Below, piece by piece: positions 9,876 through 20,482 of a stretch of DNA of 64,000 nucleotides; position 1 is the first letter of the stretch; every line of letters begins with the position of its first letter. Source of the DNA: Candidatus Latescibacterota bacterium (GTDB lineage Bacteria; Latescibacterota; UBA2968); the NCBI GenBank assembly GCA_965207885.1, contig OZ242311.1:256001-320000 (forward strand), written 5' to 3'. The notes under the pieces are model-generated. The model ran no database searches. It saw only the letters and a program-made list of their open reading frames with translations, and had not been told where the DNA came from. Position numbers and translations under genes: made by a program.

Positions 9876-10589
9876 ATGAATGCATTGATTGTCGATGATT
9901 CCCGACTTGCCCGTCAGGAATTAAAACACTTACTCAAAGCTTTTGAGGCCATCACTGTCGCAGGTGAAGCCGCAAATGCAGATACTGCCCGTCAGCAACT
10001 CAAAAGATTATCTGTCGATGTGATCTTCCTCGATATTCAGATGCCTGGGCAAGACGGTTTTGAATTGCTCGAAACCCTTGACCAGGTACCACAGGTGATC
10101 TTTACAACCGCCTACGACGAATATGCCATTCGGGCATTTGAAGTAAACGCGCTCGACTACTTGCTAAAACCCATTCAACCTGAACGCCTTGCAAGCGCGA
10201 TTGAAAAACTACAAGCCCAAACCCTTTCTCCCGATGAAGCTGTTACACCGGTATTGACAGATTCGAGTCGGGTCTTTGTAAAAGATGGTGATCAGTGCTG
10301 GTTTATCACACTCTCAGACATTCAATTATTCGAAGTCTCTGGCAATTACACGCGGGTCTATTTTCAAAAATTCAAACCCCTTATTCCGCGCACCCTCAAC
10401 CACCTTGAAGAGCGTCTGGACAAACGCATATTTTTTCGTGTCAATCGCCAACAAATTATCAATTTACAGTATATCGAAAAAATTGAGCCCTATTTTCAAG
10501 GCAGCCTGAAAGTATTTTTGAAAGGGGGCTATGAAATAGAAATTTCCCGACGTCAGACACAAAAATTCCGAGAACGCCTGAGTCTTTAA
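9876..10589 (+). CDS. LytTR-family response regulator
   Basis: REC domain (IVDD, FLDIQMP, FTTAY, LLKP) and LytTR domain (FFRVNRQQIINL). Confidence 0.95.
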   Translation: MNALIVDDSRLARQELKHLLKAFEAITVAGEAANADTARQQLKRLSVDVIFLDIQMPGQDGFELLETLDQVPQVIFTTAYDEYAIRAFEVNALDYLLKPIQPERLASAIEKLQAQTLSPDEAVTPVLTDSSRVFVKDGDQCWFITLSDIQLFEVSGNYTRVYFQKFKPLIPRTLNHLEERLDKRIFFRVNRQQIINLQYIEKIEPYFQGSLKVFLKGGYEIEISRRQTQKFRERLSL

Positions 10590-10621
10590 TCTGTGCGACC
10601 CAGCGCACGACCAATGGGGCA

Positions 10622-11347
10622 GTGATGAAATTTCAAGCAATAATTTTCGACTTGTTTGGAACGCTGGTTGATAATTTTAGCAAAAAAGAGCACGACAAAG
10701 TACATGCATTGATGGCCGAAACTTTGTCGGCGCCGTATGAAGCGTTTAGACAAGCATTCGGCTCTTCTTATTCTGACCGATGTATTGGGAAATTCAGGTC
10801 AATAGAAGAGACTATCGCTGTATGTTGCGCTCAAATTGGTCTATCCCCAGACGATTGCAAAATTAACACTGCCGCGCAATATCGATACGACTTCACAATG
10901 AGAACACTCAAACCAAAAGATGAAGTCCTGCTTACGCTTCAAAACCTGAAAAATGATGGTTATAAAATTGGACTGATAACAAACTGTGGTCCAGATGTCC
11001 CTCTACTCTGGCACACTACTCCTTTATTAGAGCATATCGATTTACCGCTTTTTTCTTGCACAGAAAAAATACAAAAGCCCGCTATTGAAATCTATAAACG
11101 GGCACATGAACAGTTGGGACTTCCGTCAAATGTCTGTATTTATGTGGGCGATGGTAGCAGCCGGGAAATGACAGGTGCGAAAGAAATAGGTTTCTTACCC
11201 GTGCTAAAGCGAGTCGATTTAGAAGATGTATATGATGACGCAAGACCAGACATAATTGGATGGCGAGGGTTATCAATTGCTGAAATTGAGGAACTGCCAG
11301 AATTACTCGCACGCATCAATAGCCCGGATCAGAAGCAAAGGAACTAA
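10622..11347 (+). CDS. HAD-superfamily hydrolase
   Basis: FDLFGTL, ITN, KP and YVGD motifs. Confidence 0.9.
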   Translation: MMKFQAIIFDLFGTLVDNFSKKEHDKVHALMAETLSAPYEAFRQAFGSSYSDRCIGKFRSIEETIAVCCAQIGLSPDDCKINTAAQYRYDFTMRTLKPKDEVLLTLQNLKNDGYKIGLITNCGPDVPLLWHTTPLLEHIDLPLFSCTEKIQKPAIEIYKRAHEQLGLPSNVCIYVGDGSSREMTGAKEIGFLPVLKRVDLEDVYDDARPDIIGWRGLSIAEIEELPELLARINSPDQKQRN

Positions 11348-12519
11348 ACAGCAACGACCCGATCCGTACTCTTCATCGCCCACTGTTGCTTCTTCTCTCT
11401 CATCTCCGCATTTAACGTCACCTCGCGATGCGGCGTCTGATTCGCGCTATCCTGAACCCACTCACCCTCGCGCGATTTCTCCACGGGCTGTCGCTGTGCC
11501 ACATCTATAATCCCAAATGGGCGATGCGGCTCCTTTTGATACCAATAAGCCACAGACGCCATCTCATTCGCCAGATGATTCCCGTGCCCGTGCTCAATCG
11601 TCACCTTAATCTCCTTTTCAAACCGCACCGGATTGGTCAAATGAAACACATAAGACGTCTGATACCCTCCCGTATTCCGCTCGTAAATCGACGACCCATT
11701 CATCAAAAACGCATTATCCTGCATCCCCCACGCTTGATTGAGATAATCTTCGCTACCTGTACCGTGCAACTCCGGCGGCCACTTGTACCCATCCACCCAG
11801 ATCATATCATCGCCCTCGCCCCACCACGTCCCCTGAAAATTCGTCACCGACAAATTGCACCCGATATAATGTCCGACCCCTGTCGCCTCCAGAATCGCGT
11901 AATTGCCATCCCACGCCTGCCGCTCAACATTGACAATATTCGCCTCTGGCGTATTGACCCGAATCTCGTGTCCCCAACCATCGCACGGATTTTCCCTGTG
12001 AAATTGCGCGTGAAAATACGCCGTATCTTCTCCCCAGGGATCGTCGTACAACTCGTAATCCACATAAAAATATTGCCGATAGGACTCATCGCCCTCATTC
12101 GTCACCTCAACGCGCGCAGAAAGATTAAACGGCATAAGCAAATAGCAATTCAGCGCGGCATTGGGCACAAACTGATTCTCGCGCTGGGCATTCGCAGACG
12201 CGGAAAAGGGCAGCGACTGAAAAGACGCGGAAATACCGTGCCCCAAACAAAAGAAATCTCCCAACGGCACCTCGACACTCGGATCGTCTTCACCATCCCA
12301 AAACATCTTCAAAACCACATTGCGAAAAGCACCCTCCCCGCTTTGCGTCATCCAGATATGCGTAATACAACCCGGTCCCTTGAGATCGGCCAACACGCGC
12401 GTCTCACCGCCCTCAATAACCCATGCATCGCCATTGCGTCCACTGTTATCCCATGACGATGCCCGCAGTGTCCTGGCCTTTTTGGTCTGTGTAAGTGAAG
12501 CGAGCAAATGAGCGTCCAT
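11344..12519 (-). CDS. DUF2961 / GH172-like protein
   Basis: GPGCITHIW, VPLGDFF, WWGEGDD, HGTGSEDY and SVAYWYQ motifs. Confidence 0.88.
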   Translation of the reverse strand: MDAHLLASLTQTKKARTLRASSWDNSGRNGDAWVIEGGETRVLADLKGPGCITHIWMTQSGEGAFRNVVLKMFWDGEDDPSVEVPLGDFFCLGHGISASFQSLPFSASANAQRENQFVPNAALNCYLLMPFNLSARVEVTNEGDESYRQYFYVDYELYDDPWGEDTAYFHAQFHRENPCDGWGHEIRVNTPEANIVNVERQAWDGNYAILEATGVGHYIGCNLSVTNFQGTWWGEGDDMIWVDGYKWPPELHGTGSEDYLNQAWGMQDNAFLMNGSSIYERNTGGYQTSYVFHLTNPVRFEKEIKVTIEHGHGNHLANEMASVAYWYQKEPHRPFGIIDVAQRQPVEKSREGEWVQDSANQTPHREVTLNAEMREKKQQWAMKSTDRVVAV

Positions 12520-12530
12520 TTTTCCTCCTC

Positions 12531-12553
12531 GTTAGCAATTAGCAGTTAGCAGT
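12531..12553. repeat. Short heptamer tandem repeat (GTTAGCA-type)
   Basis: gttagca attagca gttagca gt. Confidence 0.5.
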
Positions 12554-12766
12554 CAACGCCCAGAATATTCGGCATTTTACCCACCGCGTCAAAGGGTTTT
12601 TTTTCAGAAAAAACAATACGCGAAAAAAATCTATTGTTTCCCTGTCGTGCATGCGAAATTCGTTTCCTCCAGTCTCCGCTTTTTTGCTCTAAATCTCGCA
12701 TATACAGACAATTGGACGCACGTACAACACAATACTGCTAAAACTACAATTTACGCACATTTGGTA

Positions 12767-12798
12767 TTGACTTTTTTCATAGACCACCATATATTGTG
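12767..12798 (+). promoter_or_regulatory. nrdA promoter with an overlapping NrdR box
   Basis: TTGACT-17 bp-TATATT. CCACCATATATTGTG matches the NrdR consensus acaCwAtATaTwGtg. Confidence 0.72.
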
Positions 12799-13115
12799 CT
12801 TGCAGTTGTTAGTGAAAATTTATCTACTCTCCCCCTTTAACCATTTTTTGTAAACTCAAACAAATCATTACAACTGCGTAAGTTATTATTATTTTCGGGA
12901 AAACAAATCCATTATTCGCGGTCTCTCCCCTCCTCTGCGATTGGGATTTCCAACCTCATGTTTTCCCGATTTGTTGTCTTAAAACACATCCCCAGACTCA
13001 TCTTTTCAACCCTCCCCGTTGTGATCTTTGTGCAGCGGTTACGGGTTTATTTTTTCTGCCGAAACGTGCGGGAGCTGGCTCTTATTGGTTCTCGATTGGC
13101 ATTTGGGAGGCATGC

Positions 13116-16007
13116 ATGGCCGAAATAGTTGACACTTTACTGGAAGCGGTTGATTTTGCGGTTCGCAAACGCGATGGTCGGGTCGTGGATTTTGACCGCG
13201 CGCGCATTGAACGCGCGATTGAGGCGGCATTTAGAGCCGAGTTGGGCTTGTCCAACGATCATTCATTGCCGCCCAAAATTGGAACCGACGTGTCGGAACT
13301 CACCGACGCTGTTATTTCTGAAATTGAAGGGGAACTGCATGAGCCGGATGACAGCGTAGATGTCGAACGCATTCAGGACAAAGTCGAAATCCAATTAATG
13401 CGTGCAGGCCACTTTGCGGTCGCGCGACGCTACATCGTCTATCGAGAAGACCACAAAAAAGCCCGCGTACTCAGCGGCAAAGAAGAACCCCAGGACCCCA
13501 ACGCGCCCAAACTGCGCGTACAAACAGCCGACGGCAAGCGCGAACCCCTCGACGCCAACCGCATTCGCACCGAAGTATTTGCCGTTTGCGATGACGAGGT
13601 AGATCCCCAGGCCCTGCTCGACGAGATATATCGCTCCCTCTACGACGACATCAAACCCGACGATATCGAACGCGCCATGATATTGGCAGCGCGCAGCCGC
13701 GTGGAAAAAGAACCCGCCTATAGCAAAGTCGCAATGCGGTTGCTCCTCAACGTGATCTATCGCCACGCCCTGGGATTCAAACCCGCGATAGAAGACAGGG
13801 ACACAGCCTGTCGGCAGGGATTTGCAAAATTTATTGAAACGGGCATTGAAAACGATCGTTTAGATCCCAAATTGCGCGTATTTGACCTGGAGCGTCTATC
13901 CGCGGCATTAAAACCCGAGCGCGATGAAGACTTTGAATACCTGGGCGTACAAACCATTTTTGACCGCTATTTGCTCCACGTCAACGAGCGCCGCATTGAA
14001 ACCCCGCAGTTCTTCTGGATGCGCGTGGCCATGGGCCTGTCCTGGGACGAAGAAGACAAAGAGGCGCGCGCCATTCAATTTTACGAAGTACTCTCTTCCT
14101 TCCGATTTGTCTCTGCCACACCCACCCTGTTCAACGCCGGCACCCTGCATCCGCAGTTGTCCTCGTGTTATCTATCAACTGCGCAAGATGACCTGGAACA
14201 CATATTCAAAATGGTATCCGACAATGCCAAATTATCCAAATGGGCGGGCGGTCTGGGCAATGACTGGACAAATGTGCGCGCCACAAATTCCTATATCCGC
14301 GGCACAAACGGCAAAAGCCAGGGCGTCATTCCATTTTTGAAAGTCGTGAACGACACAGCAGTTGCCGTCAACCAGGGCGGAAAACGCAAAGGGGCGGTAT
14401 GCTCCTATCTGGAAACCTGGCATCTGGACATCGAAGATTTTATGGAGTTGCGCAAAAACACGGGCGATGACCGCCGCCGCACACACGATATGAACACGGC
14501 CAACTGGATCCCCGACCTGTTTATGAAGCGCGTCATGGAAAAGGGATCCTGGACCCTGTTCAGCCCGGATGAAGTCCCCGACCTGCACGATCTGTACGGC
14601 AAAGCCTTTGAAGAGAAATACCTCGCCTATGAACAAAAGGCCGAAGCCGGTGAACTGCAACAATCTCGCCAGATCGACGCCGTGCAATTGTGGCGAAAAA
14701 TGTTGTCCATGCTCTTTGAAACCGGGCATCCGTGGATCACATTTAAAGACCCGTCCAACATCCGCTCTCCGCAGGATCACGCGGGCGTTGTCCACAGCTC
14801 GAACCTGTGTACTGAAATTTTGTTGAACACGAGCCGCGAAGAAACCGCGGTATGCAACCTCGGCTCCGTAAACCTCGTGGCGCACATCACACCCACGGGC
14901 CTCAACCGAGAATTGCTGGAAGACACGGTATCGACCGCGCTTCGAATGCTGGACAACGTGATAGACATCAATTTCTATCCCACAGAAGAAGCCGCCACAT
15001 CCAACAAACGCCACCGCCCCGTGGGCCTGGGCGTGATGGGATTTCAGGACGCGCTCTACCTGTTGAATTTGCCCTACGCTTCGCAAGGCGCAGTTGACTT
15101 TGCCGACATAAGCATGGAAATGATCTCGTATTACGCGATCCTCGCCTCAACGCACCTGGCCGAAGAACGCGGCACATACCATTCCTACATCGGTTCAAAA
15201 TGGGACCGCGGTATATTGCCCATCGATACCCTGACCGTGTTGGGACAGGAACGCGGGGCGTACCTCGAAGTCGATACATCCGCGCGACTGGAATGGAATG
15301 TGGTGCGCGAAGCAGTCGCCAAACACGGCATGCGAAACAGCAACGTGATGGCCATTGCCCCGACCGCCACCATATCGAACATCTCGGGCGTGACGCAATC
15401 CATCGAGCCGATGTATCGCAACCTGTATGTAAAAGCAAATCTATCCGGTGACTTTACCGTATTAAATCCCTACATGGTCGATGCCTTAAAAGCGCGCGAC
15501 CTGTGGGACGACCAGATGGTAGATGATCTGAAATACTACGACGGCTCAGTCCAGGAAATCGACCGCATCCCACAAGACATAAAAGACCTCTACAAAACCG
15601 CGTTTGAAGTGGCACCCGAATGGCTCATTGAATGCGCCAGCCGCCGGCAAAAGTGGATCGACATGGGCCAATCGCTAAATCTGTACATCGCAGCCCCCAG
15701 CGGCAAAGCACTGGACGACATGTACAAACTCGCCTGGGTGCGCGGGCTGAAAACCACGTACTACTTGCGCTCACTCGCTGCGACCCAGATCGAAAAATCC
15801 ACCATGGACATCAACAAACGCGGTGTCCAACCCCGGTGGATGCAGTCCAAATCCGCTTCGAGCGATGTGCAAGTACAACGCGAAGATGCTCCTGTTGAAA
15901 CAGACGCGTCTCTCAACGGGCAGGTACACCAACAGGCCCCTGCTACACCAGCACCAACGGCTGAGGCCTGCGATATTACAGACGGCTCCTGTGAGGCGTG
16001 TCAATAG
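13116..16007 (+). CDS. nrdA: Ribonucleoside-diphosphate reductase alpha subunit (class I, two ATP-cones)
   Basis: VRKRDG ATP-cone plus a second cone, ATPTLFN, LSSC, SNLCTEI, VCNLGS, APTATIS, KTTYY and C-terminal CEACQ. Confidence 0.97.
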   Translation: MAEIVDTLLEAVDFAVRKRDGRVVDFDRARIERAIEAAFRAELGLSNDHSLPPKIGTDVSELTDAVISEIEGELHEPDDSVDVERIQDKVEIQLMRAGHFAVARRYIVYREDHKKARVLSGKEEPQDPNAPKLRVQTADGKREPLDANRIRTEVFAVCDDEVDPQALLDEIYRSLYDDIKPDDIERAMILAARSRVEKEPAYSKVAMRLLLNVIYRHALGFKPAIEDRDTACRQGFAKFIETGIENDRLDPKLRVFDLERLSAALKPERDEDFEYLGVQTIFDRYLLHVNERRIETPQFFWMRVAMGLSWDEEDKEARAIQFYEVLSSFRFVSATPTLFNAGTLHPQLSSCYLSTAQDDLEHIFKMVSDNAKLSKWAGGLGNDWTNVRATNSYIRGTNGKSQGVIPFLKVVNDTAVAVNQGGKRKGAVCSYLETWHLDIEDFMELRKNTGDDRRRTHDMNTANWIPDLFMKRVMEKGSWTLFSPDEVPDLHDLYGKAFEEKYLAYEQKAEAGELQQSRQIDAVQLWRKMLSMLFETGHPWITFKDPSNIRSPQDHAGVVHSSNLCTEILLNTSREETAVCNLGSVNLVAHITPTGLNRELLEDTVSTALRMLDNVIDINFYPTEEAATSNKRHRPVGLGVMGFQDALYLLNLPYASQGAVDFADISMEMISYYAILASTHLAEERGTYHSYIGSKWDRGILPIDTLTVLGQERGAYLEVDTSARLEWNVVREAVAKHGMRNSNVMAIAPTATISNISGVTQSIEPMYRNLYVKANLSGDFTVLNPYMVDALKARDLWDDQMVDDLKYYDGSVQEIDRIPQDIKDLYKTAFEVAPEWLIECASRRQKWIDMGQSLNLYIAAPSGKALDDMYKLAWVRGLKTTYYLRSLAATQIEKSTMDINKRGVQPRWMQSKSASSDVQVQREDAPVETDASLNGQVHQQAPATPAPTAEACDITDGSCEACQ

Positions 16008-16073
16008 ATCGATTCGTTCTGTCTTTTTGCGAGGGTATCTTCATGTAAAATAAAGAGCCTGTTTATAAATAAA

Positions 16074-16112
16074 TGAAGGTCGTGTCTTTTGGGGAAACAC
16101 GACCTTCAAAAA
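16074..16112. terminator. Hairpin, probable terminator after nrdA
   Basis: TGAAGGTCGTGT...ACACGACCTTCA 12-bp stem. Confidence 0.6.
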
Positions 16113-16264
16113 CCTAATATATGTACTGACTGCATCAGTTGGCTGAATTTATGAAAATTCTAATTTCCTGACAAGTGTAAAATCAAGCGGTTTGGTGTAA
16201 AAACAACAAGGTAGATAATTTTTTTCTCCTCTAAACACTAACAGTCGGAAGGAGGTGAATATAA

Positions 16265-16402
16265 ATGAGAATCAAGACAACAACAAGAAGGCCGATAATT
16301 CGGCGGGGACCAAGAGTTCCGGTGACCTTTAAGATCAAAACCACCGTGAAGTGTGGTAGTAGAACCACCACAAGAACCAGAAGGATTACGCGGCATATAT
16401 AG
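16265..16402 (+). CDS. 45-aa Arg/Lys/Thr-rich small protein (not in the ORF track)
   Basis: AAGGAGGTGA Shine-Dalgarno before the ATG; MRIKTTTRRPIIRRGPRVPVTFKIKTTVKCGSRTTTRTRRITRHI. Confidence 0.6.
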   Translation: MRIKTTTRRPIIRRGPRVPVTFKIKTTVKCGSRTTTRTRRITRHI

Positions 16403-16413
16403 CTCGATCCGGA

Positions 16414-16487
16414 AACAAAAAATAAAGCCCGCCGGAGCGGTCAACTCACGACGGGCGAAGTCACTATCCACCTTGCAGCAAGAGGAT
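16414..16487 (-). ncRNA. Putative convergent small RNA
   Basis: Minus-strand TTGACA (16516-16521)-16 bp-TAACTT, and a minus-strand GC hairpin (16427-16456) followed by a U-rich tract. Confidence 0.4.
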
Positions 16488-16668
16488 GGCTATAAGTTAA
16501 TACTAACCATCCTCTTGTCAAATCATTTTAGGGAGGGCTTAGTCATGTAGCAATTTACGTTTCAAATTCCGCCACCAAACAGTGACCTTGACATATGTAC
16601 CTGTTCCGGGGTAGGCGAGTATAATTTCCTCAATAGGTCCACCGACACCTCTTTCCAAGGAGGACACA

Positions 16669-16881
16669 ATGGTGTCACGTTTTGAAATCTACCAAGACAA
16701 TATAGGAGAATGGCGTTGGCGATTTAGAGCAGCAAACCACAAGATTATCGCCGTTTCCAGTGAAGGATATAGTAGCAAACAAGCGTGTCTTGACTCAATT
16801 GACTTGATCAAGACGACCGCTGGTAGTGCTCCCGTGTATGAATACGATAGTATTACATCAACATGGCGACGACGCCAGTAG
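16669..16881 (+). CDS. YegP/DUF1508 family protein (single domain)
   Basis: FEIYQD..GEWRWRFRAANHKIIA.SEGYSSKQAC..SI; AAGGAGG RBS. Confidence 0.9.
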   Translation: MVSRFEIYQDNIGEWRWRFRAANHKIIAVSSEGYSSKQACLDSIDLIKTTAGSAPVYEYDSITSTWRRRQ

Positions 16882-17042
16882 TGAGTGCCCATCGCGTGCT
16901 TGGGCAGATCGCGCTGGTGGGCACTGACATTTTTTATGCGAAACACACACCTATTCAAGTATCTCTGCAGGTGTTTTTTGATCAGGGATGATGTGGGTGA
17001 GATACTGGTCCAAGATACAGATATATTTTTCGGAGGATTCAA

Positions 17043-18194
17043 ATGTCTTCAAAAATCTCTTTTTTTCCCGTTGGCAATGGTGACATGACTCTGATTGAGA
17101 CAGAGTCCGGGCGAAAGATCCTGATTGATATGAATATTCGGGCAGCAGCAGATGATCCTGACGACGAAACCCCTGATGTTGCCAAGATGCTTAGAGAACG
17201 TCTCGGACGCGATTCTGAGGGTAGACTATATGTGGATGCCTTGCTGATCAGTCATCCCGACCAAGATCACTGCAATGGCCTTTCCAAACACTTTTATCTC
17301 GGTCCTCCTGACAAATGGTCCAAAACATCTGACAAGGTGTTTATTCGAGAGATATGGTCCTCGCCTATGGTGTTTCGACGTGCATCTCGGAACCATGTTC
17401 TTTGTGACGACGCTAAAGCTTTCAATACCGAAGCACGCCGACGTGTTCAGGAATTCCGTGATAACGGTAGTGAGGTTGACGACGGCGACCGCATCCGCAT
17501 CCTCGGTGAAGACGAGAACGGTAAGACTGACGATCTCGATGAAATCCTTGTTCGGGTGGATGAAACCTTCTCATCCATCAATGGCCAAGACGATTGGTCA
17601 ATGACAGCAAGGCTGCTCGGGCCACTCCCGAAGTCAGATGATGACGACGAAGATATTTTGTCGAAGAACAATTCCAGTACCATTCTTAAGTTCTCTTTAG
17701 CAGGTGGGGGAAGTTCCGATAAATGTCGATTTCTGACTGGCGGGGACGCTGAAGTTGCGATATGGGAAAAGCTCTGGCAACGTCACGATTGGCGGTCAGA
17801 ATGGTTATCCTACGACATCTTGCTGGTACCTCATCATTGCTCATGGCATAGCTTGTCTTACGACAGTTGGAGTGATTTAGGCGAAGATGCCGAGGTTTGC
17901 GAGGACGCACGCAATGCTCTTTCACAGGCCCGCACTGGCGCGATGTTTGTGGCGAGTAGCGACCCGATCAAGGATGATGACAACGATCCTCCCTGTATTC
18001 GAGCGAAACGCGAGTATGTGAGTATAGAGAACGATACCGATGCTTTTAAATGCACCGGCGAGTACCCTTCAGAGAAGTCACCTGACGTGCTTGAGTTTGA
18101 AATAGGTAGTGATGGACCACGCCTACTGACAGCACTTATGGTAGGAGGTACTGCTCCGGGAATCATAGGCCAGCAGCCACTGTCTCACGGTTGA
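17043..18194 (+). CDS. Metallo-beta-lactamase-fold hydrolase (ComEC-like) with a C-terminal Gly tail
   Basis: VGNGD, SHPDQDH, GGDAE and PHHCS motifs; ends ...GIIGQQPLSHG. Confidence 0.88.
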   Translation: MSSKISFFPVGNGDMTLIETESGRKILIDMNIRAAADDPDDETPDVAKMLRERLGRDSEGRLYVDALLISHPDQDHCNGLSKHFYLGPPDKWSKTSDKVFIREIWSSPMVFRRASRNHVLCDDAKAFNTEARRRVQEFRDNGSEVDDGDRIRILGEDENGKTDDLDEILVRVDETFSSINGQDDWSMTARLLGPLPKSDDDDEDILSKNNSSTILKFSLAGGGSSDKCRFLTGGDAEVAIWEKLWQRHDWRSEWLSYDILLVPHHCSWHSLSYDSWSDLGEDAEVCEDARNALSQARTGAMFVASSDPIKDDDNDPPCIRAKREYVSIENDTDAFKCTGEYPSEKSPDVLEFEIGSDGPRLLTALMVGGTAPGIIGQQPLSHG

Positions 18195-20482
18195 GGTTGA
18201 CAATGGTAGAAGTCAAAATCAGCAAAGCTATCAGGCGTGCATTGACTTTGATGGAGGGCCATCCGGCTATTTGTCATGTGGCAATTTCATCTTTTGATAA
18301 AGCCATGAGGACAACCAGCGTCAATGCGACGTTTGATGTTAGTTTGCCGAATGCGTGGAGGTCCTCCGGAGAAAGTCCTTCAGGTGTCAGGCTCAAAGAA
18401 GAGGTACGTTTCGATTTCCCTAACGACTTTCCTTTCAGCCCTCCACGTATATCATTACGCAGGGATTTCAATCGCAATCTGCCTCACATGCAGCCGTATT
18501 TGCTTTCCGGGCGACCGGTTCCCTGTATCTACGATGGTGATATTACCGAACTTCTTCACCAAGAAAGATTGGTCGGCATTCTCAATCAGGTCTCTGTTTG
18601 GCTTGATCGCGCTGCTACGCTTACCCTTATGGATCCAGAACAAGGGTGGGAACCCGTCCGTCGCGACACGTTTGAGTCATATATTGTCGCTGACGCCGAC
18701 AAATTCCGTGGATTGGTAAACCGCAGAGGTGGATACAAATTCTTTGAGTTTGAATATCTGAGGAATACCACTAATGGCTATAAAGGCTTTGTTCGCGGAC
18801 TAATTTCTCCCTCGGTACTCAAAGTAAACTATAATGCAGTACCCAAAATATATAAGGAGAAACCGTTAGATCCGCCTCTTCGTTACGGCAAATCACTGGC
18901 GTTGCTCGTCTGGCCGGGTAAGCTCCCGTCAGGTAAGTTGATTGTCGCGGACTCGTACCTTCCCGAAACTGTGAGTAATGTTGATAGCCTTAAGGAACGC
19001 GCTAAATCGTACGGTTGTCTCAAGGAACTTGACTCTGGTCTCAATTGGCTGAAGCGATGCCTATCGCGAGATGTAGAAGCCGGTCCACTCACCATAGCAA
19101 TTGTACTCATGGCACGTCGTCCGTTCAAGGTAATTGGAAGTCAAAGCTGTATTGAGTTATGTCCATATATTGTGGACATTTACACCCCTGATTTATTCTT
19201 GGAAGGTGGGGAAACAGCAGTGCGACCAGCCATACATCTCCAAACAGTAAGCCGTTCCCTCCTCGCTCAATTGTCAGGCGGTACAGCACAATCGGAACGA
19301 CCGTACTGGACACTTGTCGGTGCAGGTAGTCTGGGATCAAAGTTGGCCCTTCATCTTGCGCGAGCTGGATATGCACCTGAAATCGTTCTGGATAAGTCGC
19401 CAATGTTACCGCACAATGCGGCGCGGCATGCACTTATTCCTCCGACAGGCGGTCCGCAACTTCTTGGGATGGATGCCAAGGCCAGAAGGCTGTGTGATGC
19501 ACTGAGCGGATTGGATCAGAAAGCAACACCGATCATAGAAAATGTTGTCAGCATATTAAAATCCAAAACTAAGGTGCGACGTGTCTGTTCAAAGGATTCA
19601 TGGGCGATTGTAAACGCAACAGCCTCTTTGGCTGTCCGTCAAGCTTTTGCATTGACCGAATCGCTGACCACGCGGGTTATTGAGACTTCCTTATTTGCAG
19701 GTGGCATTGTCGGAATAATTACGACCGAGGGGCCAGACCGAAATCCAAACACCGCCGATCTGATAGCTGAATGCTACGGAATCCTGCGAGAAGATCCAGA
19801 CTTAGCGCATATCGTATTCAGAAGTGATGACGCGATGTCACGCCAAAGCATTGGTCAAGGTTGCGGCTCTCTGACGATGACTATGTCGGATGGACGCTTG
19901 TCACTATTTGCCGCTGGAATGTCTGAATACTTGCTGGCAAAGCAGCGCAATGGATTGCCCAGTGCCGGTGGTGAAATTCTTATAGGTCGGTTATCCGCAG
20001 ATGGGCTTGGTCTAGAATGGTGTGTTCACCAAATTTCGCCAGCGACAGTCGTGAATACAATAAACGGGGGAAAATGGCGCGTTCACATTCATCCGCGAGC
20101 AGTGGCGAAGATTGAGCAAGAAAGAATATGCCACCCGAAGGTCGAGACAGGTGGCGTACTTATGGGCCGAATTTCGGAGGCGTCCCAAATTATTAATGTT
20201 GTTGACGTTTTGGGTGCGCCAGAGGATAGCACACGATCGGCAACTGAATTTGTTCTTGGTACCAAAGGATTAAGTAGCCAGATGAGGACCTACTCAGAGT
20301 CAGTCGGTGGGTCGCTCTACTGTCTCGGCACTTGGCACAGCCATATTTCCGTAAGTGGCCCATCCTCGACAGACCGGGCAACCGCAAAGGCAATTGACCT
20401 ATCACGTCTTTGCCCATCGGTTCTCTTGATAAGCACTCCTGTAGGTTTTCAAGCACTTTTGGCTGACGAGGTAGGTAAATGA
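18191..20482 (+). CDS. Prokaryotic E2 - E1 (ThiF) - JAB fusion protein (Cap2/Cap3-like)
   Basis: E2: FPFSPP...LPH...PVPCIY. E1: VGAGSLGS, HNAARH, NATAS, GQGCGS. JAB: ETGGVLMG, GTWHSH...PSSTD. Start is TTG 18191 or ATG 18203. Confidence 0.9.
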   Translation: MRLTMVEVKISKAIRRALTLMEGHPAICHVAISSFDKAMRTTSVNATFDVSLPNAWRSSGESPSGVRLKEEVRFDFPNDFPFSPPRISLRRDFNRNLPHMQPYLLSGRPVPCIYDGDITELLHQERLVGILNQVSVWLDRAATLTLMDPEQGWEPVRRDTFESYIVADADKFRGLVNRRGGYKFFEFEYLRNTTNGYKGFVRGLISPSVLKVNYNAVPKIYKEKPLDPPLRYGKSLALLVWPGKLPSGKLIVADSYLPETVSNVDSLKERAKSYGCLKELDSGLNWLKRCLSRDVEAGPLTIAIVLMARRPFKVIGSQSCIELCPYIVDIYTPDLFLEGGETAVRPAIHLQTVSRSLLAQLSGGTAQSERPYWTLVGAGSLGSKLALHLARAGYAPEIVLDKSPMLPHNAARHALIPPTGGPQLLGMDAKARRLCDALSGLDQKATPIIENVVSILKSKTKVRRVCSKDSWAIVNATASLAVRQAFALTESLTTRVIETSLFAGGIVGIITTEGPDRNPNTADLIAECYGILREDPDLAHIVFRSDDAMSRQSIGQGCGSLTMTMSDGRLSLFAAGMSEYLLAKQRNGLPSAGGEILIGRLSADGLGLEWCVHQISPATVVNTINGGKWRVHIHPRAVAKIEQERICHPKVETGGVLMGRISEASQIINVVDVLGAPEDSTRSATEFVLGTKGLSSQMRTYSESVGGSLYCLGTWHSHISVSGPSSTDRATAKAIDLSRLCPSVLLISTPVGFQALLADEVGK

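Larger units (their letters stand above)
6969..9879 (+). pseudogene. LytS-family sensor histidine kinase interrupted near its C-terminus by an IS
   Basis: LKAQINPHFLFNSLN, QTLVENAIRHG and GIGLQN motifs. Removing the IS restores ...AQLTVENTSQNQVCAKFQVPLTGQQI*, whose stop overlaps the LytTR start (ATGA). Confidence 0.88.

Noticed and set aside
11428-12456. 342-aa ORF antisense to the DUF2961 gene, and similar long antisense ORFs such as 14232-15086, 32813-33589 and 35864-36679
   Set aside because: Shadow frames caused by codon bias of the real genes; no recognisable motifs.
12800-13115. Cobalamin riboswitch before nrdA
   Set aside because: No recognisable B12-box motif.
16588-16625. Perfect TTGACA and TATAAT upstream of the YegP gene as one promoter
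   Set aside because: The spacing is 26 bp, too long for a sigma70 pair. The -10 box may still work with another -35.
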